Origin: Vicugna vicugna
Lineage: Eukaryota
DNA: 64,000 nucleotides
Assembly (NCBI GenBank): GCA_013265495.1
Contig: MU058337.1
Span: forward strand, 622,001 to 686,000
Direction: 5' to 3'
Shown here: piece by piece, positions 51,940 through 64,000 of the stretch
How the letters are laid out: every line of letters starts with the position of its first letter
Numbering within the stretch: the stretch's first letter is position 1
Translations under genes and position numbers: made by a program
The notes under the pieces: model-generated
The model's input: the letters and a program-made list of their open reading frames with translations, nothing else
Database searches by the model: none
Told to the model about the DNA's origin: nothing

Positions 51940-52300
51940 TACATATTCTTGTAGGAAAGGATTTTAGTGCCTGTATAATATTTCATCCTGTGAATTTGCC
52001 ATGAAGTAGTTTGCTATTCTCTTTCCTGGTATTGAACATTTATAAATTTATAATTTACATTATATAATTAGCTATGTGATTTCTTATATAATATGTAATA
52101 CGATTATTACATAATCTATAACAGTATTTACAAACAATAGTGTTGTGAACATAATTAATTATGCATCTCTGTACCTAAGTGTGATTATTTCCTATGACAC
52201 AGTTTTAGGAAAGGAGTTAGAAAATGGAGTGTTTAAACTTTTTAAGGCTCTTGATAAATATTGCTGTATTTTCCTCTGTTATACTTGTACCAATTTACAC
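51940..52300 (-). mobile_element. Ancient L1ME ORF2 3' relic
   Basis: tattgaacattt...acaaacaatagtgttgtgaacata...gtgattatttcct...ggctcttgataaatattgc...ttgtaccaatttacac. Confidence 0.65.
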
Positions 52301-52564
52301 ATGCCTGGCCTCAGAAGTCCTCTTTACTCTGTGTGATTCTGACCCCCAAATTGAGGCAATGTGGTACATCTGTAGGATGTTTTAACAGATAGATATTTTG
52401 CATTTTATAGGAATTTAAAACATCATTTTGCTATTTTATTATATCTCTCCCCTCATTCTTTTGCTTTGTTAAGGTAGTTTATATGATTTAAAGAGTCAAA
52501 TAATTTTATAGTCTTATAACCAAAAATAAACATAAACACTATTTATACCAGTTTTTTAAAAATG

Positions 52565-52710
52565 TATGGTTATATATGTATGTATTTGGACATGAGATAT
52601 ATAACCAGGTATATGTATATATATTTCATATATATATTTATATTTGGAATATATATTTGATATGTAAGGATGGTAAATATTTTATTTATATGTATTTATG
52701 CATACATACT
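52565..52710. repeat. TA-rich low-complexity tract
   Basis: Recurring tatata/atatat units. Confidence 0.75.
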
Positions 52711-55700
52711 AAAATATTTCCCCTTTAATCCTTTCTCTAAACTGTAGTTAACGATTGCATACATAAAATGTGGATAATCATGTAACCCCCCTCATGTAAA
52801 GATGCTGTGATAAGGACATGTCCTCTGCAGGATAAAGGACAGGGTCTCTAACCTGTCCTGGCCACTCTTCTAAGTGAGCCCCAGCCCAGCCAGCCAGCCT
52901 TGACAGATCATTTTACATTTGCTAAATATCCCACATTGTTTTATATTGTTCACTGTACTCAAAGAAAGCATGCCTGGGATTTTTTTCCTTCCACTCTTCC
53001 TCACTTGGAGATCTATAAAATTATACAAAGGTTGAGTCTTCAAGCACGAGTTCCCAGAATGCTGACCGCCCGTCTCCATCTGCAAACCCTGATGCCACTC
53101 AGTCTCTGTGACTCTGTTGGTTGAATAAGTAGTATTTTTAATGCACATATACTGGAAAGATGATATGGTCTGGAATGGTCATTTGATCTTCATATGACTT
53201 TGTTTAATTTGATTACGCACTTTCAAAGGGGGAAAGAACAAATCGTACTGGTGTGGCCTCTCTGAGCAAGCCTGAGTGTTCCCCCAGGGCTTTGCGTTAG
53301 CAGGTGAAGTTCTGGCAAGTCCTTGGCATCTTCAGGAAAGGAAGGGTCGCAAGATGGGGGTGGCGCACTTGTAGCTTCATAGGCTCTGAAATCCTACCCG
53401 TGGCTGGAAGTTTCCAATTAGACCTTCTAGACATCTGACAACACGTGGCGGCTCTTTCTGGGAATGAAGGTCCTGACCTTCTCCTACACCAGACCACCTG
53501 CAGTTAGTGGCAAGAAGAGGGTGGAGAGAGTGAATCAGTTTTTAAATCCTCGTGTGCGTGGCCTTCCTGGCCTCACCTGGAGTCGGCTGTGTGGTAGTCC
53601 TGTGTTTTTCATGGCCCCGTTGCCTGGGGTGCTCATTTGACTGACCCCATTGACATTAGATTACGGCAGCAAATAAACTTTCAGGATGTATTCGGGCAGT
53701 TATCCGAGTCTTGACGATCAAAGACAAAGGCTGAATATTTGAATATTCTGTTTGTGTGTGATTTGGTGTGTGAGGGAGTGGTAGACAGGAACTTACAATC
53801 AAATTGGAGTGTAAGTCCACAGAAGGGGCTCTGGTGTTCCTACCGCAGCCCGAGGACAGTGCCTGTGTTGAGTTCAGCGAGGTGGGCACCAGTGCAGAGG
53901 GCCGGTGTCCTCATTCCCCCATTCTCTGTCCTGTGGCTTCGGGAAAACAGCCTCAATCTGCAAACCTCACTCCCTGGAAGAGAACAGAAACTACTTCTTT
54001 GGATTGGGGGGATTAAATGGAAGTATGATTGCCTTTACCACAAAAACAAGAGCTTAAAAACGCATGGTGTTATTTTGTTTAATCGACCGTTGCTTCCCAG
54101 TGTGGGAAGAAAGCATAGCTCTCTGCCTTCTGCAACACAGAGTGATAGCGGGGTGAGACGGTGACAGAAATGAGGTGAGAGATGAGAAGGGACCCGGAGA
54201 GGCAGGCCTGGAGTCAGATAATTAGGGGAAACCAATGTACATTTCCTTATGAAATCATAGAAGTAGGTGTGATGACCTAGGGGTGTGGAAAGAATGACAT
54301 GAAAAAAACGAAAGCTGGAATCCTTGGAAATATCAATATTTCAAAGGCTGGTGGTGGAAACCAGTTAGCAGCAGCCAGGGAGATTGAAAAGCCAGACAAA
54401 GGGCCATAAAAATACATTCTTTCTCAATACAATTGACTCAGCACATCTAATGCCCACATGATGTCCAGGAAACTGTTTAATGAGGCAAAAATGTTAACTG
54501 ATAAATGTTTGTATTGTTCAGACAATGCCAGATAAGAGTTCGATTTAACATGTAAAATCCAATAATAGCAATTGATGTGTTTAATTTTTTTTGAATCAAC
54601 TTATTGTTCTAAAGTCATCGAGGGCATTAGGCACATGTGATCTCTTTCATAAACATTTTCTAATGTGAAATTGAACAGTTTGTCATTTTAACTTCCAAGC
54701 CTACGTCTTTTTGCTAGAAGGGTTTACACCTGAGACCAGAGGTTGATAAAGATGACCCTCTCTGTGTCCGTTTCCACTAATAAGAATTCTGATACTGGAC
54801 AAATAGACAACTGAAATCCTTCTGAAAAGTTAATTTGGGGATTTAAAAATACATACACAGTTAGGATGCCTGAGGCTGAGAGGTGCACTTGCTCACCTGA
54901 GCTCCCCGGAGTAGCCTCCAGGAAGGGAGGCCTGAGGGCAGCTGTTGGGGTCGCGTCCCTGGTCACAAGCCTTGCTGTGTGGAGCTTGTCTTTTCCGTGG
55001 TCTCTGAGTTACACAGCTGATGATGATGGGGAACTTTCTTGCTGATGCTGCCGCATTTGTGCACGAACAGCTTGGTGGCCATGCACCTGTCTCCAGCCTG
55101 TACATGGACCACTTGTCCAGAGATGCATACATATCCTTACACATATTACACACTCTGGGCAGATTATCCGGGTTAGATCACTAGTCTTATAAGGTTAGAT
55201 TCTGAAGGAGAAGAAAGGGAAGGATTCTGTTGATCCGTATAGAACATGACGGCTAAAATTGTTGGAATCTTTCTTTCTGTTTGAGAAATGTTCCCTTAGT
55301 ATTATTTTAACTTTGAAAATCCTTGTTGGCTTGGGCAGAATGCTGTGGTCAACATTTGTTTCAGGACTTCAATATGATTAATGATACACTTTCACATTTC
55401 TACAGATTCCTGGGAAAGAAACAAGGGAGGAAGAAGTTGTAATGCAATATAATAAAGATACTTCTAACGTTTTTAACAGATGCAGACAGACAGATTTCCC
55501 CTTGCAGAAAAGCCGTTAGAACAGCTCTTAGCGCATCTCCGGGCAGGTGTGTGGGGTGATGATGCTGTCTACGAGCAGGTGCTCTGAGGGCCGCCGGGCC
55601 CCGGAGCCTGTGCCCCAGTGGGGAGAGCTAACTCCAGTCTACTGGGTACTGGGATGTGCGGGGACAGACACGTGGACTTGAGGGCAGAAGGAGAAGCATG

Positions 55701-57269
55701 TTGCCATGTGAATAACGCACAAAGTGCCCATTTTTTGCTGGAAGGGAGCGTTTAGCATGAAGGGTAATATTCAAGTTGGCCTTTTAAAATTGTGTAGCAG
55801 TGTCCCTCTGGCCCCAACTCCCCGCCCCTTGGCTGCCTGCTGGTCTGCTCTTCTCTCTCCTTCTTCCCCCAGGAGCAGTCTCTGAACTTTGTAACAAACC
55901 CCATCACACCTCCTTGGTCCTTCCTGCCCACCTCCCTCTCAGTCTGGTAAAAAGTAGTCCTCAGAATTGAGCAGCAAGCTTCCAGTAGGATCTTGCTTTT
56001 GAGTAGCTGGGAAGGGGGAGAGGTGGGAACTTATCCACTAAGTGAACCACATCCTTTCCCACCATGTGGCTGTCACTCCTGCCAGCCTGAGTGTCTCCCT
56101 GGTCCCTGAATCAGGAAAGCCTTCACTCTCCTGTGTTTTTGAACATCTTGTTTTATGGTCTTATGTATATTTAAAACTAAGTTTTTCATTATCCCTTCAG
56201 GCCTCTGTCTTACTTGTTAATGCTCACAGGTGGCACATGCAGAACTGTCATTTACAAGTTTCTCCCAGTCTTGAGTCTTAGCCCCTTGAGGGCAGGCACA
56301 GTGCATGCTGTGTAGCATGGACCAAATAAATGCTCTTTGAAAAAAAAAACAAACAAGGATGCAGGAATAAATGCTGACTATTTCAATAGAGATAAATTGG
56401 AAAGAAGGGCGTAAAGTTCAGAGGGAACAGCATAAACCAAAGCTTCTAGTTGTGAAATACAATGTAAATAACAGGATGTGCTCGGGGTGACATGGAGAGT
56501 GAGGCTGGCATGTTTGCACGGATGGACGCGGTTGACAGCACCCGGGGGTTTCGAGGAGAGAACTGGCTATAATGCCTACCTGGGGAAGGAAAGTGCACAC
56601 CCTCTTTTGTTTGTAGGTCACTTTCGGATTGCAGGAAGGGCAGGGGAATCGCAGAGAACAGACACAAAGACCCTGTTCGAGCATTGCATGTTCATTCTTT
56701 GTTTTCCAATCTTCCTATTGGTCACACCAGGAAACAAGGAGCGGTGATGCTGGAAACCACATGAGATACTCAGCTCCAGGCTGGACCTGGAAGTGAAAAC
56801 ACAGTGATTGGTGTTGCCTCCTGTCCTTGGGTGACTTTTACTACCTGCTGCCCCGGGCACACAGTCGTGGCCCCCATGTGGGCGGAACCCCTGTTGTCTC
56901 CGGGCCCCCCACCTCCCTGCATGCATGAGCCCAACAGGTCCACCTGAATGCCCTCCTCTGGGGGCCCCACCTCATCTCCCTGCAGCACTTGTATGTGTTT
57001 ATGTTAGTTGACTGACACGGGGATCTGGTGCTCCCAGGTCGCCTTCCCCAGCTTGGCAGAAGGGCTCTGTCTTCTTGATCCTGAGAGGACAGGGGCGGAG
57101 CAGGGTGGGAAGGACCAGGAGCCAGCACACCTCTCCTGTGGGCTGTGCACCTCCCCTCCGCCTTCCAGAGGGCGGAGCAGCGTTGGTCCCCGAGAGACGC
57201 TCCCCACTGCCTCCCAGGGGAGCGAAGTGAGGTGGGCTACTTTTTGATTTGCGCCCCTGCTAATTCAGT

Positions 57270-57800
57270 TACAGTGTTTGCCCTGAGCGCTGAACTCCAT
57301 TAAACCAACAACAGAGAATAAACAGAAGGATGAGGAAAAGAGAGAAGGAAGCCTAACAGCGAGGCTGTTTAAGTCTCTAGGACTGTTCCTGAAGGGAGAA
57401 GGAAGCACGCATGACACATGGGGTTGCCCTCTGGGCGTCTCTGAGGTCCGTCAGGTACGAATGTGCCGTGGCTGTTAGCATTATGGAGCTAGAAGTGACA
57501 ATTTAGATTTTGTGGAATAAGGGTATCTCCACGTGAGGAAGGTCACAGGAAGAACCAATGAAGGAGAAGGGAGTGAGAGGGGGTGGGGCGGAGGAGAGAA
57601 GTCACACCGTGGTGAGCCAGACCCAGGAGAATGACCCTCTGCAATAAGCAGGTCGGTGGTGACCTCAGAGAAAGGTTCTCTGTGGGGAAATCTAAAGCAG
57701 CCTCGCTTGCCAGAGTTTAGTTAGTGAGTTTGTGGAGAAGAAGCAAAAATATTGAGGAAACATCTGTTCTGATATCACTGGAAGTGGATAAAGGGGGAAA
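57270..57800 (-). mobile_element. L2 body relic
   Basis: ttagatttt...ggtcggtggtgacctcagagaaagg...ggggaaatctaaagcagcc...ccagagtttagttagtgagt. Confidence 0.45.
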
Positions 57801-58229
57801 AAAGTAGAAATTTTTGAAGTAATGAGGCAAAGAATAATGTAAAACAATCAAAGATTTTAAAAAGGCAGTAATTTCCAATTCACTTAAGGGTTAGATCCAA
57901 TGTGAGCCAGTGTCCCAGTGCAGCAGGGCGGCCGTCCCTCCCTTCCTGACCAGTGTCCTCTCTGGTCATCTGTCTCCTTTTCTGCACAGCTGGTAAGAAT
58001 AACCCCAGCCTGATTGTGGCTGATACCAGGACCACGTGTTCACTCACCTTGGCTGCTGTATGAGCATCTTTTCCTAACCTTACCTGACGCTGGAGGTGTG
58101 GGTAAGCCCTGAACCAGTGGCTGCCTTCTGGGATGATGCAGGTCACATTATTTCCTAGAAGATTAAAGTCTGGATAGATATGTAAACGGTAAGATTAGAC
58201 AGAAACTGTAATAACTATAACATAAACAT

Positions 58230-58380
58230 CCCTCTAGTTTAGCAGGTTATTTGGGAGTGTCATGACGATCTTGTGGATGTGCTGGAGGAAGGACTGGATG
58301 GCGTGTTTACTGATGTTTCACAGCTGGTTAGCAGGTGGTCACTGATGGACGCACGGGCAGGGGGACTAGGGCACTGAAGA
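58230..58380 (+). mobile_element. Possible L3/CR1 reverse-transcriptase relic
   Basis: tttagcaggttatttgggagtgtcatgacgatcttgtggatgtgctggaggaaggactggatg resembles the CR1 RT segment 'FSKAFD.VSHD.LV.KLE..GLD'; it reads HDDLVDVLEEGLD. Confidence 0.4.
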
Positions 58381-58964
58381 GGCTGCAAGGGAGGACAGCT
58401 CACACTGTCCTTGTGCGCATGCCACCTCTCCCAGGCTTCGCGGACTTGATTTGATTTGAATTCTAACAGAACATAAGAAGTTAATATTTTCAAGGCAGTT
58501 TTACCATCAAAGCAGATGTAGGGCATTATTATTATTTTTATTATAGGAAGTTATCTACATTTTTTGAAAAGTTAAAGCTCAGAGAATTATTAAAAAGAAA
58601 CACAGAACATTTTCCATCGTAGTAATCAATTCTATTAACATTCCAGGCATGGGGCTGTCTCCTGGACAGGAAACACAGCATCATGCTAACCTCTCTTCCA
58701 TGATTGTTGAAGAATTTGTGCACATTTTTCATGTAATTTATTGGTCGTTGGTTTATTTTTGTGGCTTTTTCTTAGTAAATCTAAGACCAGTTCAGGGTAA
58801 TTGGCTGGTTTGCATAAAGATGAATCCATTATATAGATGAATGGATGAAGACAGGCATCAACAAGGTGAATTTAAATAAAATTCTGACACGCACATGAAG
58901 AGATCACGGTCTCAGCGGCTCCTGAAATAGTTGTATTCCCCAGACGACCACAGAGCAGCGAGGT

Positions 58965-59150
58965 TATAACCAGTCACCGTTACCGCCTCTCAGGCGGCAG
59001 GAGCGGTGCTGAGCATCCGACGCACACGGGCTCATTTCATATACACAGTCGCCCCGCCAGGAAGACATCACTGCCCCTACTTTACGTGAGGAAACAGAGG
59101 TTCAAAGAGGCTGAGACTCTCTGTCAGACGCCTGACCTAAGTCCACGCGT
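58965..59150 (-). mobile_element. MIR SINE (CpG-enriched copy)
   Basis: ggtgctgagcat...ctcatttcat...cctactttacgtgaggaaacagaggttcaaagaggctgagact. Confidence 0.7.
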
Positions 59151-60031
59151 CGTGTTCACTTTCAGCATCTTGGAAATACTGGGATGAATGACAGACTCTG
59201 ACCCTTCCTGTGTGCTTGTGAGCATGCGTGCCTGTGTGTGCGCCTGTGGGAGACGTGTGTGTGCGTGTGTGTATGAGAATATTCTTAAAGACATGACTGC
59301 TTTACTGGTCACTAAGACCATGCTCTCTTTAGGTGCATTTAGAATGTTATTTAAATTCACCTTGTGGATGCCTGTCTCAGTCCATCCTTCTACATAATGG
59401 ATTCCCTTTCTGCAGACCAGCTAATTATCTTCAGATGGTCTTGGATTTATGAAACTTCATGAGCAATTTTTATAAGTGGCTCCAAACTGGAAGTATAAAC
59501 TCAGCGCTGGGCACCAACATCTGGTGAAGTCCAGAGGCATCATTTCCCAAAAGAGGATTGAAAAGCAACCATTTTGCATTTTCTGTGAATCATTAAAAAT
59601 CACAGGGTGAGAGCAAATAACTCCAAACATCATTTAAGTCGAGTCGAGCTCTCATCACTGCGGATTTGCAGCATCATTATCCACAGTCTCACGACCTAGA
59701 GAGGATAATAAACTGTGCCATGCCAGCAGTGGGAGGATGGATGCCGGAATGGGACTTAGTTTTTGGTTCCTGCATTGAGCTCAGGAACATGGACAGAAAA
59801 CACTGTTGAAACGAGGGAGGTGAAACGCTGGTGTGCAGCTCATCCCTGAAAACCGTGCCTGTGCTGGTAAACCTCTGCGAGAGCTCCCAGCAGCTCTGGT
59901 GTGAGCCTGCCATAAAGAACAGACGTTCAGTTGCTCAGCAGCAGCTCGGTGCTCCTCAGAGCGTCCGATGATACTTCCAGCGGCCCCGGCGACGGCTTGT
60001 TCACGTGGGGTGGGCGTGGTTTGCTCCCTTG

Positions 60032-60045
60032 GTGCCCTCTGCTGG
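60032..60045 (-). promoter_or_regulatory. CTCF core motif
   Basis: Minus strand CCAGCAGAGGGCAC matches the CTCF consensus CCASYAGRKGGCRS at all 14 positions; lies in non-repeat, CpG-retaining DNA. Confidence 0.7.
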
Positions 60046-63000
60046 TGTCACGTGCCCCTGTTCCTACTCATCTGGATTCAAGTTGGGATTTGGTAAAATC
60101 TGTATAAAGCAGTTGTAAAGGAACATTCGTAGTTGGACGTTTTGTGATTTCTGAGCATTTTCTGTTATAGAACCTTTTCTGCACCATCTTTTAAACAGTG
60201 GCTCTTATTACTGTTACCGGGAGAAAAAAAAAGTAATAAGTAAATGCAAATACAGTGCCAGAATTACGCACGAGAGAAGGCATCACTCGCCTTTCCCATC
60301 TGCACTGAGCATCTCCGTAAGGACCAGTCAGATCTTTCCCCCTCCTTTCTTCCGATCTCAGGCCTGGGGTCGTGCAATAGGGTCTCACAAAGTGTTCATC
60401 GATGGTGTAGATGAGTATGTAATTACGAACATAAGAAAAATACAAATATAACATCAATGCCACATAATTAAGTTTTCCCAGGTGCATTTTGGTGAATAAA
60501 TACGAAAAGGAAAACATAAAAGCAAACATCTAGTGATTTCTGATTTTGAAGCTATTAGAGCTTTTTTTTTTTTTTTAACAGATTTTGTTATCTGAAAGCA
60601 AAACTCAGGAGATCATTTCAATATTTAGTGCCCCATTTATGGGCTGTCTTTTCCAAGAAGCCATGGTATCCTGTAGACCCAGTCTCATTAAATTTCATGC
60701 TGTCCTTCTGAGGTGGGTGCTGAGCTATGGCTAAATGATAAGTGAAAAGCTGTTAGGTTGGTAACAGAGTGTTTATGCACGGAGTCTCAGAGGGCGGAGA
60801 GGCTGGAGCTCCCTGAGCACATCTCAGGTGTCATGGGGCAGAGCCGCTCCCGAGTCTTGTCCTCCGCTGGGCACTTGTAGAGTGGGGAAGAGGGGAAGAG
60901 GGGTTCCTCCTTAACTCAGGAACCCCTGCCAAATGGAATCAGTCCTCCTCAACGCTGCAACGACATCTGCATATGCAAACCAACCAACAAAGGTAGACTT
61001 AGTTATCTAGGTATAAGACACACAGACCCCACTAGCTTCCCAGGGGCCTCAGGAGGGTCCCTAGGGGAACTGGGAGCCCACCTCGCAGCCGCCCAAGCTT
61101 CTCTGCTCCCCAACCCTATCCAGCCGGCAGCAGTGAGACTGCCTGGTGTTGGGCCTCCCTAAGGTCTGAAAGAGAGAAAAGATTTAGGGACTTCCCGAAT
61201 CTTAGCGATAACTTAGTCGTGGAGGTGAAAAGCACAACTAAACAGAGGGTTACTTACTAATTTCTTGCTTTAAACCCTACATGCTTGCTGTTTGGATAGA
61301 CAAAATGAAATCTCTATTCTTATTTGGTGAATGGTTCAGCAGCGTGCGCTGTACCAACTTCCAGTAACTTTTGAAAGGGAGATTTTGAAATAAAGTGGAA
61401 ACTATTTGAACTACCAGTATAAATTTTTGGTTAAATATGCGATTCACTGTTTCTACTTTAAAAATAATCATTCATTCAAATTTCCATATGGCTACTTATT
61501 TTTTTAATTTCAAAAATGTTAATTAAATTGGATATATGATGTAAAGATACATATGTAATAAAAAAGTGGCTCATCCTGCCCTCACAAAAAATTAGAAAAT
61601 GTTTTCCATTATGTAGAGAGGAGATTTTTTGAAAATTCCAGTTCTCTTTTATGATTTTAGAATGTTTAATTAGGTGACTCTTTTGCCATTGGCTAATTAT
61701 TGTACCTCACACTTTCCCTGAAGATCTTATTTCTGATCTCCATCGAAGTTATACAAATTAAGTTTGTTTCTGATGGAGAGACTCTTGGCTTTTTTCTGAA
61801 AGGAAAATTACAAGAATTGACTTTTTAAAAATTGACTTTGAGCATTAAATTTGGCTTAAAAACTTATATCAGATGTTAAACAGAGCATATTAATCTTTCA
61901 CTTTCCTTTAGACCTCTTTTCTACCTTCACATTGACTTTAAGAATCTTAAAATTCTTCTTGTTTAAGTCCTTGCATCATAAATGACGAAACTTAGCCCCA
62001 AATTGTTAGGTGACATAAATAATGAAACAAAAACAAGTCTTTTTTTATTCATTTTAAATAAGCCATCATCGATATTAAGACTTATTTTCCCTTTGGCTCA
62101 CATTTAAAATTGGAGGGAAAAAAATCTTTCAATAATTTGTTTTTTTTTCCAATAATGTGAAGTAAAACTTTATTAGGTGAGAGGCTCCTAGAACATGATT
62201 TTGTGAATTAATGATAGTGACATTTTCAGGGCTTTTCAATGTTTAATTGTGTGTGTGAGGATCATATATATACATATATATGCATAACTCAAAATATATT
62301 CTGTAGTAACTAAATTTAAAGTTTCATAGTTAAATGCAGTTAGATTGTTGGGTACCTGTTTATTAGCTGAAACTGCATTTATTGAGCAATTAACAGGTAG
62401 AGGAAGGTGGAAGAAGAATTGAGACCAAGATAATGCTATAGAAGTCTGACAATCTTAAGTACATTCGCTTATCTATTTAAAATGGTTTAATAGTTTCTCT
62501 TATCCTCTGGCTCTTTGCATACTTTTCTTTATATAGTCTCAGTGTTTTCAGAAGCATTTAAAGCAATTAAAAAAACACAAATAACCTGACAAGATGAGAT
62601 AAAATAGAAATAAATATGAAAAATAGTGTAGGAGAGCAAAATATTGCCTCCACTAACAGTAAGATATTTGACTGTAGGTTACACTTAGAACTTAGAGCTG
62701 AGACAGGGGAGGGACAATATGTCTTCTGAAGGCTCAGAATGCCATGAGTGACTTCATACTTGTGGGAGATGATTCACAAGCTTGCCTCTAAGTTTTATTG
62801 CAGATAAAGCTGATACAGAGACCTGTCAGTTACAATATTTACAGTGCCCGTATTGTAAAAATAAAACTCCTGCTCAAGAAAAAAAACTGTTCTGATACTA
62901 ACAGTGTATGTCTCCTTTAGAAATACCCTCCACAGTCGTGGAGTGAGGACAGTGATAACTCCTGCTGGCTTCTTGTTTTGATACTTCTTTTTTTGGTGGG

Positions 63001-63529
63001 GCAGAATATTAGTACTAAGTGTGGGTGAGGGGAAGTATAGACGTGTCTTCTACACAATCAGATTTGCATAACTAGTCAAATTTCTTCTTTACAGATATCG
63101 GGGAATTCAGAGCTAAATGTATTACCTCATCCCAGCAGCCATAGTATGTCTGGTTCCAGGCACCACATTCGCCTTCGGAAGTCTTGACGCCTCTTGGCAT
63201 CTTCTGCTTCACTTGCCCCTGTTGTTACGCTTTGTTCTGAGCTGTCTGTGTGGTCAGCTGTTGAAACTGAAGTGCCAGTGCAGGGTGTGAGGATGGGGGC
63301 AAAGTTACTGGGCAGGTGGACCTCAAATTCAGGGTGCCCTTGGGAGACTGCAATAGTGCTTACAGAAAAAGGGGGAAAAAATCTCGGGGCCAAGTTCAAT
63401 ATGAATGTCTCACTGCACCAAAAGAATAAGGTGCAGAAAATAACAACTCCAACTAATGCATCCAGGGGAACCATTTTCTTGTGCTTATATTTGTAGCAAA
63501 AGTGTATAAATCTAGCCATGATTTAGAAG

Positions 63530-64000
63530 TGGATGGAGCCAGGGAGAGGAGTTCAGCGAGGAGTGGAAGGAAAGACGGTCGAAGACAGGGGTGGGGAGCG
63601 GTGGGGAATGACGTCAGATCAGATCTTGCAGGGCCTCACAGGGCACTGGCTTTTCCTCTGCATGAAGTGGGAAGCGTCAGAGGGTTTTGCCCTGACTTGA
63701 ACCGGCTCCTCTGTGGAAAGTAGACCTCAGGGAGGAGAGTGCAAGAAGGGATCAGCTGGAGGCCAGTGTGCTGACCCCGGTGGGACACGAGGGGCTCGGA
63801 TGAGATGGGGCAGGGAGTGGGGAGTGGCTGGGTGGGGAGTATAATTAGAAAGTAGAACCAGTGAAACAGATCTGTGGGCAGGTGGGATGTGCGTGAAAGA
63901 AGGAGGAGATGGAGGACCATCGTGGAAAGTGGACGAGCGCAGTCCGGTGCCCGCAGTGAAGAAGACTTCACGGGTCAGGACTCAGCCACGGACGTGCGTT
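63530..64000 (-). mobile_element. L2 body relic (runs off window)
   Basis: cagatcttgcagggcctcacagggcactggcttttcctctgcatgaagtgggaagcgtcagagggttttg...gaagggatcagctggaggcc...ggatgtgcgtgaaagaaggagg. Confidence 0.7.

Noticed and set aside
58040..58110. Two consensus minus-strand splice donors (CAG|gtaagg, AAG|gtgagt)
   Set aside because: No matching strong acceptor or recognisable coding frame upstream.
1..64000. CRISPR arrays, prokaryotic operons/defence systems, tRNA/rRNA/snRNA genes, NUMTs, processed pseudogenes
   Set aside because: No regularly spaced direct repeats, dense ORFs or recognisable structural-RNA, mitochondrial or retrocopy sequence found by eye; the DNA is typical repeat-rich mammalian non-coding sequence. 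Short or diverged exons could still have been missed.

Overview
This is a mammalian, non-coding-looking window (large intron or intergenic DNA). The young L1 3' end at 12.1-12.6 kb resembles camelid L1s as I recall them, and I saw no Alu, B1, SINEC, Bov-tA or PRE-1 SINEs, so a camelid source is likely but unconfirmed. I recognised no host protein-coding exon, tRNA, rRNA, snRNA or CRISPR array. The only ORF-track hits with recognisable protein similarity are L1 ORF2p C-termini (12414-12641 and 20131-20340). The window is a mosaic of interspersed repeats: L1 pieces of several ages, a HAL1 element, L2/MIR/L3 relics, an ERV1-type solo LTR, MaLR/ERVL LTRs, and MER3, MER53, MER5 and Tigger MITEs. 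It also holds microsatellites and short CpG/GC-rich spikes, including an orphan CpG island at ~49.3-50.5 kb and a consensus CTCF site at ~60.04 kb. The most unusual structure is an L1 insertion at 6955-7975 whose 3' end, right TSD and downstream flank appear inverted between two ~45-bp inverted copies of host sequence, consistent with a microhomology-mediated template-switch rearrangement. I did not find a new biological system. Repeat family names come from remembered consensus sequences, and boundaries of old repeats are approximate.
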